64,000 nt of DNA from Conidiobolus incongruus B7586 (Eukaryota), in assembly GCA_000697335.1 (NCBI GenBank), contig JNEM01010781.1, positions 1 to 64,000 on the forward strand. The letters are read 5' to 3'. The notes beneath the pieces were generated by a model. The model was given only the letters and a program-made list of their open reading frames with translations, did not search any database and was not told where the DNA came from. Shown here piece by piece: positions 15,127 through 25,676 of this stretch (the stretch's first letter is position 1; every line of letters starts with the position of its first letter). The position numbers and the translations under genes are program-made.

Positions 15127-16066
15127 TCATTATACTTAAATGATTCATTATTGAATAGTTTCATACTTGGACTTTAAGAATTTTGTTTATTCAATAAACA
15201 ACAATCGGTATTCTGTCGACTTTAATTATTATGGTATTATACCAATTTTTTACATTATACATATATTATTGATATCTTTTAATATTTTTATTTTTTCTAA
15301 TTCTTTAATCTAAATAATATTTAGTTTAATATAACTTTAAGTTTTATAACCTCTTTTATATTATATAAGTTGATAAATAAAGATTATGACTTTGCTTTAA
15401 ATCATTGATATTCCTTAATCATGTCAATAATTCTATTCAGAATTTATCCAAACTAAAATGATTTATTCATTTAAATCATATTTAAATAGCAAATGTTAAA
15501 ATGGCTGGAATTTTAAAATGCAAGTTTGAAAATTTATATGAAAAAGATACTATTTTGAGTAAATTGATCAAAAATACATGAAATATGTTTCATCAATCCT
15601 ATTAAAAGTCAATGCATATATTACAATCAATGTTAAGTAGTTAAATTAACCATCAAATTAATATAAAGTATCAAGATATTAAAATATGTCTACTGGATTG
15701 ATATCTTGAAAAAATATTCCTATATCTAATTAAGAACCATAAAACGCTCTCCTGAGCTTCTAAATACGTCGATGATCTCAAGTATCAAAGTGTTATTACT
15801 ACACTTTGATCAGACAGAAACAACAAAATTTATAGAACACTTCTCTATTCTGCGGAATTGACCACAGCAAACCAATTCATCCAAAATGCCCAAATTAGCA
15901 ACCATTTGAATTGACTTTTTAGGTAATATACAATTTTATACAAATTTGGTTAGAATTGAGAATTTTCCAACTCAATATAAATACCATCAATATCCATCAA
16001 TTTTTATATTTAAATTATTATAATTTAATTTTTATGATCTTATAATACAAATTAGAAAATATAATA

Positions 16067-17340
16067 ATGTCGCAAATTATTAGATTAAATACTGTTAGAT
16101 TATTGAATAATCAATTAAAATCTACAAGATATCAACGTTCTCTTTATCAACCACTTAATGCTACATTTCACAAGCAATTTGAACTCTACCGTTATCAATC
16201 AAACCAACCTCCCCTGAAAACTGAAGAGCAGCCCAAGCGTGGAAAATTGGCAGAATTTTACCACAAGGCTAAAGAGTTGGCAACTTTTTACAAAAATGGC
16301 ATGAACCAAATCTTAACCAACCGCAAGGAAGCTAAATTAATTTTGGAGAAACAGTCGAGGGGTGAAGAGTTGACTAGAAGAGAATTTCGTTTGGTATTAT
16401 AACTGAATATTTTAATATGCATAGATCATTAATTTGATTTTTAGATTCAAACGGCTCAAAGTGATTTCAGAAAGTTGATCCCTTTTGCCTTGTTGGTATT
16501 TATCTTACCAGAATCGATTCCTTTCTTTATTATTTTCGCCCCTAGTACTGTACCTAGTACTTGTATCACACAAGAACAACAAGTAATAATATTACAATAT
16601 TTTCTAATTAAATTCAGTATTAATATATCTATTAACTAGTTAAAAAAGATGAAAAAATTAGATGATAAGAGAGATATTATGATTAAATCTTTTAACAAAA
16701 CTGTCAAAGAATTCCATGAGGTAACTATAATAATTATTAATAATTTTACATTTATTAATTGATTTTTAAAAGATCTCCAATAAAGATTTTATGACAATTG
16801 ATAGAACAATCAGTTTGATGAAACGTACTAGTAATCAATTGGACATTGATTTGATTGAAAAACCAGCTTTAGTTAATTTTACAAAGTAATTAACTATATT
16901 ATTAATATAATACTATGATATTTATTGATTTATATAGATTTATGGGAATTGCTACATGGGGTCCCAAATCTTGGGTACAATTGAGATTGTTAAAATATTT
17001 GAATTATATTAAGGAAGACGATAAAGTAATTTAAATGATATAATGTTAATGGAATATTACTAATATGTTAATTTAGTATTTGTCCAAATCCGATTTAAAT
17101 GAACTATCCCACTTCGAATTGCAAGTTGCCAATTGGGAAAGAGGAATGTAAGTTTCAAGTATAAAAAGCCAAAAATATAACTAATTGATTAACTATAGGA
17201 GATCTAATGGCACTACTGAAGAATTGAAAACCTCCCTCAAGAATTGGATTCAATTACATCTACACACCAATCCTACAACTCCCCCTATCTTTATGGTATT
17301 CTCAAGATTATATATGTGGAACATTCATTTTAAAAATTAA
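16067..17340 (+). CDS. Mitochondrial LETM1-domain protein (LETMD1-like), multi-exon
   Basis: Basic N-terminal presequence-like segment; LTRREFRLIQTAQSDFRKLIPFALLVFILPESIPF...PSTCIT; YIKEDDK; ELQVANWERG; last exon ends at TAA 17338-17340. Confidence 0.75.
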
Positions 17341-17542
17341 ATAAATAATTTTTATTAATTTAAAAGCATGGAGACATGTTAGTATTGTAAATTTCTGACT
17401 TTTGATAAGATGATTTTGTCTTCGATTATGTCGAGTTAATATTTTACTATGTGGTAGAGCTGGAGGAAGTTGTCTAGTGTAAATACTATGACCAAGTTGG
17501 ATGCTAAATCTCGCCACTCTTTTACTTTGAGAGTATTAAATG

Positions 17543-17869
17543 TTATAATTGAGATTTGGAATTCGAAGAAAACATAAATTGATTGCCTTGATTTTTGGTT
17601 ACGATGAAAATGTTGATAAAATACACTTTATCAAGTGTATCCATATTTAAACTCAATTCAAGTTCAGGGATCCAATTCAAACTGGTCAAATCAGTTGAAG
17701 CTTGATCATAAGTGGGATAATAAAGTCTTTCTAAAGTAAAATCGGGTGTTTGCTTACCAAACCAGTGTAAATTCCATTGAGTAGTATCTTTTTCTTTGTT
17801 AACGATCCAGAATCCATTTTTCTGAGTTGATATTTTGATGTGGCTTTGGGATGAAAAGTTGAATGGCAT
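17543..17869 (-). other. Unassigned ORF fragment, possibly an exon of an unknown gene or a pseudogene
   Basis: 108-aa ORF with protein-like composition. The frame continues upstream but contains an in-frame TAA, and no family is recognised. Confidence 0.25.
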
Positions 17870-18492
17870 AATTGATATTGGGAGAATACTCCTAAGTTTG
17901 GGATTGCTAGTAGGTGGTGGTAAATAACCTTATCCATAGATCAATTGATGTTCTAAATTTTGAATTGGACAAACAAATACCAAAAATTCCTAATTTAATT
18001 ACATGAATATATTATATAATTTGATAAGATTCATTAAAAATACCCTATAGTACAAATATGATTAACTTTAGTTTTAATTTCTTTAAAAAATGTGGCTTTT
18101 GAGGATTTGGGTTATAAATTTCGCTCCCCCTTCCCAATATGAAAGCATCGATAATAACCAGTCAACCAGAAATATCATCAAAATTTAATATTCAATTACT
18201 AACTCATCAAATCGTTATCATTAGTAAGACTGAAAAAATGCTAATAACTACATGTCATTGAAACAACAACCAGCAGATCAAAAATAAGATTAAAATGGAT
18301 TAAAAATAAAACTGTAAATACTGTCAAAATATAATGGGTATATAAATGATAAATTGGCAGAATTCACTTGTCGGTAGTAGTTATAAGTAATATTGAATTA
18401 ATAATAATATGAATTCATTAGAAACAAGGTATAAAATTAGTATATAGAAAATTTTGATTGGTTTAATATGGTAGTTTAATTCAAGGTTATAA

Positions 18493-18574
18493 GACACTTT
18501 GGCGGAGTGGTTAACGCGGCGCCCTGCTAAGGCGTTTCCCTTTGGGAGCACAGGTTCGAATCCTGTAGGTGTCG
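18493..18574 (+). tRNA. tRNA-Ser(GCT)
   Basis: Cloverleaf: acceptor GACACTT/AGGTGTC, D-arm with TGG, anticodon arm GCGCC-CTGCTAA-GGCGT, long variable arm TTCCC-TTT-GGGAG, T-arm ACAGG-TTCGAAT-CCTGT, discriminator G, followed by a TTTTT Pol III terminator. Confidence 0.97.
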
Positions 18575-19498
18575 TTTTTGTGTTGTAATTTTATTTAATA
18601 CATAATTTTACAATAAATATATTCTTATCGATTCTTTTATTTCATTATTTTTTTAAAATGTTTCTAAATTAATTTATTTCACTTCATAATTTGCTTATAA
18701 TAAATTAATATAATGGTTTATCATTTCAGTTTATAAGAATGTTTTTTAGTTAATAAATAATTTTATTTTTAAAAAGTATTAATTATAATATTTGTTTAAT
18801 AATTATAATAATTTTGTTTCCTTTTAAAATGTATATTTTGGATTTTTATAAATTCACTTGAAGGATTTCTCTGCAATATTGAAGACATATATATTGAACT
18901 ACCTATAAATATATTTATTTAATATTCAATTAAGCTAAAAAAGATTGGTGATAATTTTAATTTACAATTGAATATTTTAATAATAATATTTTTGTTATGA
19001 ACACTGTAAAATGAAAGATATAATGTTTTATCTGATATAAGTAAATAATTTTCGAAATAACTATTACGCTAGTATATATGAAGAAAAATTTATAATAATT
19101 TAAAAAAAATAAAAATATGTTGATAATAATATGAATTGAAATATTAAAATATAAACTTAATAATTCAGATTAGCAAATTATTGTCGATTTGTATATCAAA
19201 TATAATATAAATAATTCAAAATTATACTAAATATTGCAAAAATAATATAGTTAAAAAGTAGGATTTTAGTTATTAGAATGAAAAGCAAAACAACAAATTA
19301 CACCAATACCGATCAGGTCACAATAGGTAGAATATTTTGGTTGAAAAACTGAGATGGCTAGTATTGATACAATAGAATAAGCTCCAAATTTATTGACGAC
19401 GGAACGACAAAAAATGACTTAACACGCTTTCACAAGCTGAAAATACTTTAGCAAACCGTAAATAATGAATTTGGAAATGATTCCCATTTATTAACTAC

Positions 19499-20074
19499 CT
19501 AGTTCTTGATGGTGGTAACGTTCAAACCTAAGGGACTGGATTAATATTAATCGAAACAATATAATGTGTAATTATATATACCAGGAGGAAGGGATTGCTT
19601 AAGCTTTTCAGCCTTAGTGGCGTCGTTGACGACGAGAGTGTAGAGGTAGCTGGAGCAGCGGACCTTGAATTTGACCTGATCTCCGTTCTTCTTGATACGA
19701 GCGGCTAAAAAGAAATATTAATAAACTGAATCATGACCAACGATAATATAATCAAATTACATTTGGCGTCCTTACGACGAGCAATTTCCAAAAACTTCTT
19801 GATATCTTGAACTTGCTTAGGCTAAAATGATCAAAAAAGCATTTAGTCAAAAGTTCTAAATAAATTATGATTGGTAATAGATCCGATTAAGTTGAATGCA
19901 TCATGTTATATGATTTGTTTTAATCTCATGTAATCTTTAAGAGTTTTTCTAATTTGCATTATTTAATATATTCCATTTTATAAAATTTAATTTAAAATAA
20001 CGCTTTGAACATATTTTGAACAGAATAATGTAATGGATGCATCGGATTATAAAGTTTTAGAGGTATATTACCAT
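19499..20074 (-). CDS. RPL38: 60S ribosomal protein L38 (4 exons; first coding exon is ATG only)
   Basis: Spliced translation: [71 protein letters not shown]. Confidence 0.95.
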
Positions 20075-20493
20075 GGCGACAGTAACTAAACGGAGTCAGT
20101 AGTGTTAAGTAAGGGGAATTTACTGGCCGTGTAATTTAGAAAAGGGAAATCTTAATTCACGTTCATTGGTTACAGTTGTTGCCATGAATTTTTGGTTAAT
20201 TTTTTGTTTTTTACAAAATTTAATTGGTACAAATTAGAACCATATATTTAGCCAATCAATGCTGCTTATTTATCAAAAACAATTGTTTTCAAATTTGATC
20301 ATTATATTCAAATCTTACAATAATATTAATCACTTAGAAAATAGTAAAAATATCAATACAATTGATATTATCATATTCACTAAATTAAATTATAAATTAG
20401 TTTAATATGCTCAATGCAATATACTATAAAATCAATTTTATTAAGGTTAAAAGTACAAAAAAACAAATACTAAAAATCCAGAAATATCTTGAA

Positions 20494-21149
20494 TTATTTC
20501 ACTCTAGTTGTATATGATACTGAAGACCTTCCATTAATATTAATCGATTGGTTCTTGGGAGAGCAATAAGTAGGTGATAATTTAGAGCATTCATGAGATT
20601 CTGGGAACCGATGCTTCATACAATAAACCAAATTACATTTATCACAATTTTGAGCAACGATTGTCTTCTGTCTACATGATTTTAAATTGCATCGCTTATT
20701 AACTTTTGTCAATTTAACTTCTTCGCAATTTCTAAGTATATGATTATTCATCTAGAAGAGTTAGTTAGTTTAACAGTTACAACCAATGATTAAGCACTTT
20801 AATAAGCTTTACTGTAATATTAGGATCTTTGCCTCTTTCAAAAGGAACAGGTTTATCACAAATGGGACAATTATTAACTTTTATATCAGCTTCAATGTAT
20901 TTCAAACAATTATGTAAATCTGGTTTAAAATGATTTTCACTATTTAAAACATATTAGTATCAATACTAGCAATATTCATATAATATAATTACCAAAATTT
21001 TTGTTTACAATAATTACACGTAAATGGTAAGTAATCTATAAAATTAAATATAATCAATTTATATCTGATGAATAATGATATAATATATATTTACCTAGCT
21101 GTTTACAAGTTTTAAGACTACAATGAGCTCCAATATGAAATAACTCCAT
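20494..21149 (-). CDS. AN1-type zinc finger protein (ZFAND2/AIRAP/Cuz1-like), multi-exon
   Basis: MELFHIGAHCSLKTCKQLDYLPFTCNYCKQKFC..H; CPICDKPVP..DPN; second AN1 finger CNLKSC..CDKCNLVYCMKHRFPESHEC. Confidence 0.88.
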
Positions 21150-21979
21150 GTTGAATAAAAACAAGATAAATTTTTTCAATCATTTCCAATGATCATTGTA
21201 GTATTTATACTATCGAGTACGCGTCATCTAAGTAGCATTTGTAATTTTGCCATTGAATCAATCACTTTGCAAATTCACTTAATTGATTAAATTATTTATA
21301 TTTGACGTTCTCAACAAATTTAGTAAATTCTAGAATTAAAATAATATTATTAATCAATTTAAATCATTCAAATTTTACAATTAATTAGTATTATATAAGG
21401 ATGATTTTAAAAATAATTAAAAATATAAACATTATATGGAGTTTTTATTGAATTATTTAGATATCATATAAGCCATTATAACATTATATTTAATTGAAAA
21501 TGGAATTTTTTCAGTTTAATTTAAATTAATATTATACATTTTACTTTATTAATATATAAAATAAAATAATTAAATTAACTGTTATTATTATTATTATTGT
21601 AATACAATATAATTGTAATTCTTTAACATTGTTATTAATATTTTTGGGAGATAAGCCTATTAAATTATTTTTATCTATTTATTAATTATATAATTATAGT
21701 ACTAAATTTTAAGAATTAAATGAATAAAGGTTATGGTATCCATATTAACATAAATTAATTCAATATCGATAATCCATTGAAATTGATTTAATGAATATAA
21801 TTTGTTTTTGAAATATATACGCTTTCATTGTGAAATTATATATTAAATTATTTATTAATAATACATTAAAACTCAAAAATTATTTTGGAAATTTTGGCCA
21901 AAATTAAATTGTCTATAATTATATAAATATTTATATTTAAGATTTATTATTAAATTATATGGTATATGATAAATAAAAA

Positions 21980-23234
21980 TTAATTGGAACGACTTTTTTG
22001 AGAAATAATAATATCTCCATTCCTATTCGTAAATACATAATTAGGCGTTGGGGGAGGAGGAAACTATAATATAATTAGTCATTATTGTTTTATATGTTGA
22101 AATGGAAATTACCTCACGATTAGGTTGAGCAAAATTGAGTCCACACCAGGTGGGAAGTGTCCTTTCCAATTGTAGCATCTTTAGCTCAATCACTTGTATC
22201 CTTTCCAAAGGACTAAGTTGTTTATTTGGGTTTGTTTCTAAATAATAGATGAAATAAATAATTTGAATAGTTTGTATGAATTACAAATATTACCAAGTTT
22301 TAAATTTAAATGAGCTTCAAGTGCAGATAGCCTTTCTAAAATACTAGGATCAGATAATAATTGAAATTTATCCTTCTTATTCTTGGGGCTATCTGAGCTC
22401 TTTTCAACAACTGAAGCTTTTCCAATACCCACAGATCTAAGTAGTGAAATTTCTCGTTGATAATTATTGATTACGTCTATTTTCATTTGAATATTTCTAT
22501 TTATTTTATTGGGATTTGTCCTTGAACAAGGTTCAGAATTTTCTAAATTATTAATACAATTAGGTTATATTAAAAGTTTGGTTTATGATAAATTACCTTG
22601 ATTTTCAGCATTATTACTATTTTTTGAAAAATCGATGAATTCTTCCTGATTACTTTGATCAATTTTAGCCCTTTTGACACTTATAAATTTATCTATTCTT
22701 TCATCAATCTAATTCATTAAATATATTAATTAAATATGATAATTATTGGAATAATAACTAAGATTACTTCGTCTTGAGTGGCCAATATTTGAATATCATT
22801 AGATACATTCTCATTTTGAATAGGTGATAATGATTCAATGTTGTTAGCATCTAAATATATCTAATAAATAACCATTCAACTATAAATTAAAATGAATCGA
22901 ATTACTGTTATCATTTGTTGTCTCAACGTCAGTATTGTCTTTGGACTATATTAAAATTAAATTAGTACTAATTAATGAATGAATTAGCGCAATTATTACC
23001 GTGATATCTTTAATAAATTCTTTAATAGAATTTTTAATTAAATCATTATTCTCAGGTAAAACTAAAAATTCTGTTGAAAATACTTGAGCTGTATTTTGTA
23101 AATTTAACTATAAAAATATAAAACAAATTATTAAAAGTATAAATAACTTTATAAAATAAATTTACGTTATTTAAAAGTTTTATAATATGTTTATAACAGT
23201 CGTTTATTTCAATATTATTAATTTCCATTATCAT
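21980..23234 (-). CDS. MAP3K12-binding inhibitory protein (MBIP)-like, multi-exon
   Basis: IQILATQDEIDEKIDKFISVKRAKIDQSNQEEF...CSRT...ERLSALEAHLNL...ERIQVIELKMLQLERTLP resembles the MBIP core; exons are joined by GT-AG introns. The start is approximate. Confidence 0.7.
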
Positions 23235-23485
23235 TAACTGAATTATTTTCTCAAATTTTGGATTTTTGAACCCTGTTAAAATATTTATAAACTCAATTCT
23301 ACATTACAAAATTATGGGACTTGGGAAATTTAATCAAATAATTTTAAACTGAAATTAATTAATTGAATGACAAAAATACTATTTAAATTGTAAATGTTAT
23401 ATAATCTTATAAAAGATGTTGTATTTATTAATAGCATTTTTATTTGATGTCATTTGGTTAACATAGATGGTTAATATAACTATTA

Positions 23486-23610
23486 CCTCCTTTGACGCTT
23501 ACAAGAATTGTCCAGAATTGATCAAATTTATCATTCTCATCCAAGTCCTGCATAGTGTCCGAAGACCGCAAGGGAGTGAGCTCCAATACCAACACTGCAA
23601 GACTGGCTTG
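23486..23610 (-). ncRNA. Putative omega-RNA scaffold of the Fanzor2 element
   Basis: Long stem CCAGTCTTGCAGTGT/ACACTATGCAGGACTTGG (23606-23541) enclosing a GGAG-CTCA-CTCC hairpin and a GTC-TTCG-GAC tetraloop. It overlaps the 3' end of the nuclease gene, where TnpB/Fanzor omega-RNAs lie. Confidence 0.6.
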
Positions 23611-24680
23611 ATTGACTGTTAAATAGTAAAGGAATAGTTTTCTAGCAGTTTTGATCTTTCAGTCTATTTACATGATGTCAAAAATACTTGAAAGCCTTAC
23701 CTAAGTTGTATATTCAGATATTCATAATTACTATACGCTTTGCTTAAATGATGCTTATTACAATAGATTACCTTGCATCAAGGATATTTTCTAGTTTTGC
23801 TGAGCAGATTTTATTTAGTTCTGTAATGAGCTTATCTTAATATTACTTTGATATTTTTACTTTTAATATTTCCATTGGCCGTTGTATCATTTTTCAAGCT
23901 TCAAATTCAAGAAATAAAAAATGTGATATTATTTGATAATTAATTTGTAAATCATTATATACCTCATTTACAACATTTTTAATCTTTTTACTTACTTTTC
24001 TTATCCAATAAGGTTTTATGTTAAATTTATTTTTGAGTTTTTTTAATTTAGTATTTATAATAAGAAAAGCAAAGAACAAAGTCTTAATATATTTTTGTCT
24101 TATTTCACAATCAAATAATAAACAAATATCTTTTTTGAAAGTTTGCATATTAAAATCAAGGGTTAGAGTTCTATTTTCAATTTAAAAACTTTGTAGTTTC
24201 TTTTAATATTAATTGTCATAAAGTACAAAATTGAAATCAATCAAGTCTTGTCTTTTGAAATAAGAATTATAATTGAGTATTTTTAACAATAGTTTAAATA
24301 TTCAAACTATTATGATATTATAATAAATAAGATTAAGAAACACCTGAATTCGTGTTTTATCCAATATAAATAGCAGCTAATTCAAATTTACTTTTCTTAT
24401 TTTATTTATTCTATACCCAAATTAATACTATATATTCATTTAGAAAACTATTTATTTTAACTGAAATATTATAGGAAGTGTGAAATAACCATATATTTTT
24501 AACTTTAATAAAATCTTTATTCAAATACTTGGTTTTTAGATGTTATTATTTTAAGATATACAATTTTTTGCCCTTAATAAAGTACTTAAATTTATCCTTT
24601 TGTCTTAAATTACATCATCAATATTTCCTTTTGTTTGTGAATTAAAAAAGAGTTAATTTTTATGAGTTTTCTTGCAAGTT
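23560..24680 (-). pseudogene. Fanzor2 / IS607-TnpB RNA-guided nuclease pseudogene
   Basis: HKQKEILMM*FKT (cf. QK..L..WFGT), WLFHTSYNI, QKTRLD*FQFC, RuvC-I LTLDFNMQTF (cf. VALDPGVRTF; Asp codon 24155-24157), KIKNVVNEVY, FLEFEA*KMI, LR*AHYRTK*NLLSKTRKYP*CKVIYCNKHHLSKAYSNYEYL (cf. LTWAHYRFKQ.LL.KAREYPWCKV..CDEHYTSKTCGNCGYL), ID*KIKTARKLFLYYLT (cf. DRDINGARNILLRYLT). Several stops and frameshifts. Confidence 0.88.
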
Positions 24681-25242
24681 TAATAATTTTTTTGGGTTAA
24701 ATTTTGTTCTTTTATTTACCAAATATACATAATTATTCTCTGTTACAAAATAACTGTAAACTGTTAAATGATAATTTGTAAGTTTTTTCATTGAATTATT
24801 CTTTTTTAAACACTGAGTTTTAAGATTATCCTTTATTATTTTGAAAATAAATACAATGGGCTTTAAGCTATAACCAAAGAGCCTATTTTTGTATTAAAAT
24901 GAAAAATTACAAAGTTCCTTTTTATAGTTAATTTGAAAAGTTTAGAAAATATGAAGTTTGTAATTAAGTGTTGTTATATTATCAATGAAAGTTTTATCTT
25001 GATATTCAAAATTTTGTTTTTGGTGTTTTGAAGAGAGATTTGCAAAACCACTACTAAAATTAAATATTATTTTCACCTATATTAAAATGTTATTTGATAT
25101 TAAAAAACTGAGTAAAGCTTAAATCCACTTAGGTTAATATAATTTGAACCCTTTAAATTTTATCACAACGTTTAAAATTGCTTGACAAGATTCCAGCTTA
25201 ATCTTATATTTTGGAAGCATAAACATAGTCAGAATTATTTAT
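24660..25242 (-). pseudogene. IS607-family TnpA serine recombinase pseudogene
   Basis: Reads NNSDYVYASKI*D*AGILSSNFKRCD..SGFKLYS (HTH), then FANLSSKHQKQNFEYQ (cf. YARVSS.HQKEDLERQ), IDNITTLNYK (cf. DIASGLNYK), YKNRLFGYSLKPIVFIFK (cf. YKDRLCRYG.EL..IFK), KKLTNYHLTVYSYFVTENN (cf. ELADDLL.V..FVA..NG). The start appears as ATA, and there are stops. Confidence 0.8.
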
Positions 25243-25279
25243 GTTTGATCAAAAACAATAGTCTGTTTAATGCTATATA

Positions 25280-25676
25280 TGTTATACCTGTTCATGTTCC
25301 AACAGTATCCTCATTACTCTTCTAGCCTTTTTGTCATTATTCTATCAAGTGTTAAATTACACTAGAAATAATCAATCACTCTTACCTTGTTCAATATTTG
25401 CTTTAATTTTAACCATATTGCATAATACTTGCATAGCTATTTATACAACGTTGAATACAGCGAGTAAAGATCCACTATCTAGCAAACACATATAAATACC
25501 ATTCTGTGCTATCCCTTATCAACAAGACATATCATTGTTATAACCCAATAAACCCTTATTTTAACCTCTAAGCCTGATTGATCTACCCAGTAGACCTCCA
25601 GAACTTCTTGAAAAATATTAGAATATTTTTGAAACTAAATACTATTGTAAAATAGTAGCAAAGTATTTGTATTACA
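25280..25676 (+). mobile_element. Probable solo LTR (~397 bp) inserted just upstream of tnpA
   Basis: Termini TGTTATAC...GTATTACA (TG..CA, 7/8 inverted match); internal TATAAATA (25491) and AATAAA (25547); flanks TATA/TATG are compatible with a 4-bp TSD carrying one transition. Confidence 0.5.

Larger units (their letters stand above)
23486..25279 (-). mobile_element. Degenerate IS607-like element: tnpA + Fanzor2/TnpB + omega-RNA right end (ends approximate; left end probably split by a solo LTR)
   Basis: Colinear remnants of a MerR-HTH serine recombinase and a RuvC/zinc-finger nuclease in IS607 order, followed by a structured GC-richer right end. Confidence 0.85.

Noticed and set aside
15790..15830. 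U2 snRNA gene on the minus strand
   Set aside because: Only the GATCAA(A)GTGTAGTA core matches; stem I, stem II and the Sm site are absent.
18493..18574. Possible tRNA-Sec or recoding tRNA
   Set aside because: Anticodon is GCT with a standard 7/5 serine tRNA fold.
23894..24148. 84-aa ORF as a standalone gene
   Set aside because: It is an internal fragment of the Fanzor pseudogene; its ATG probably derives from GTG in the DPGVRTF motif.
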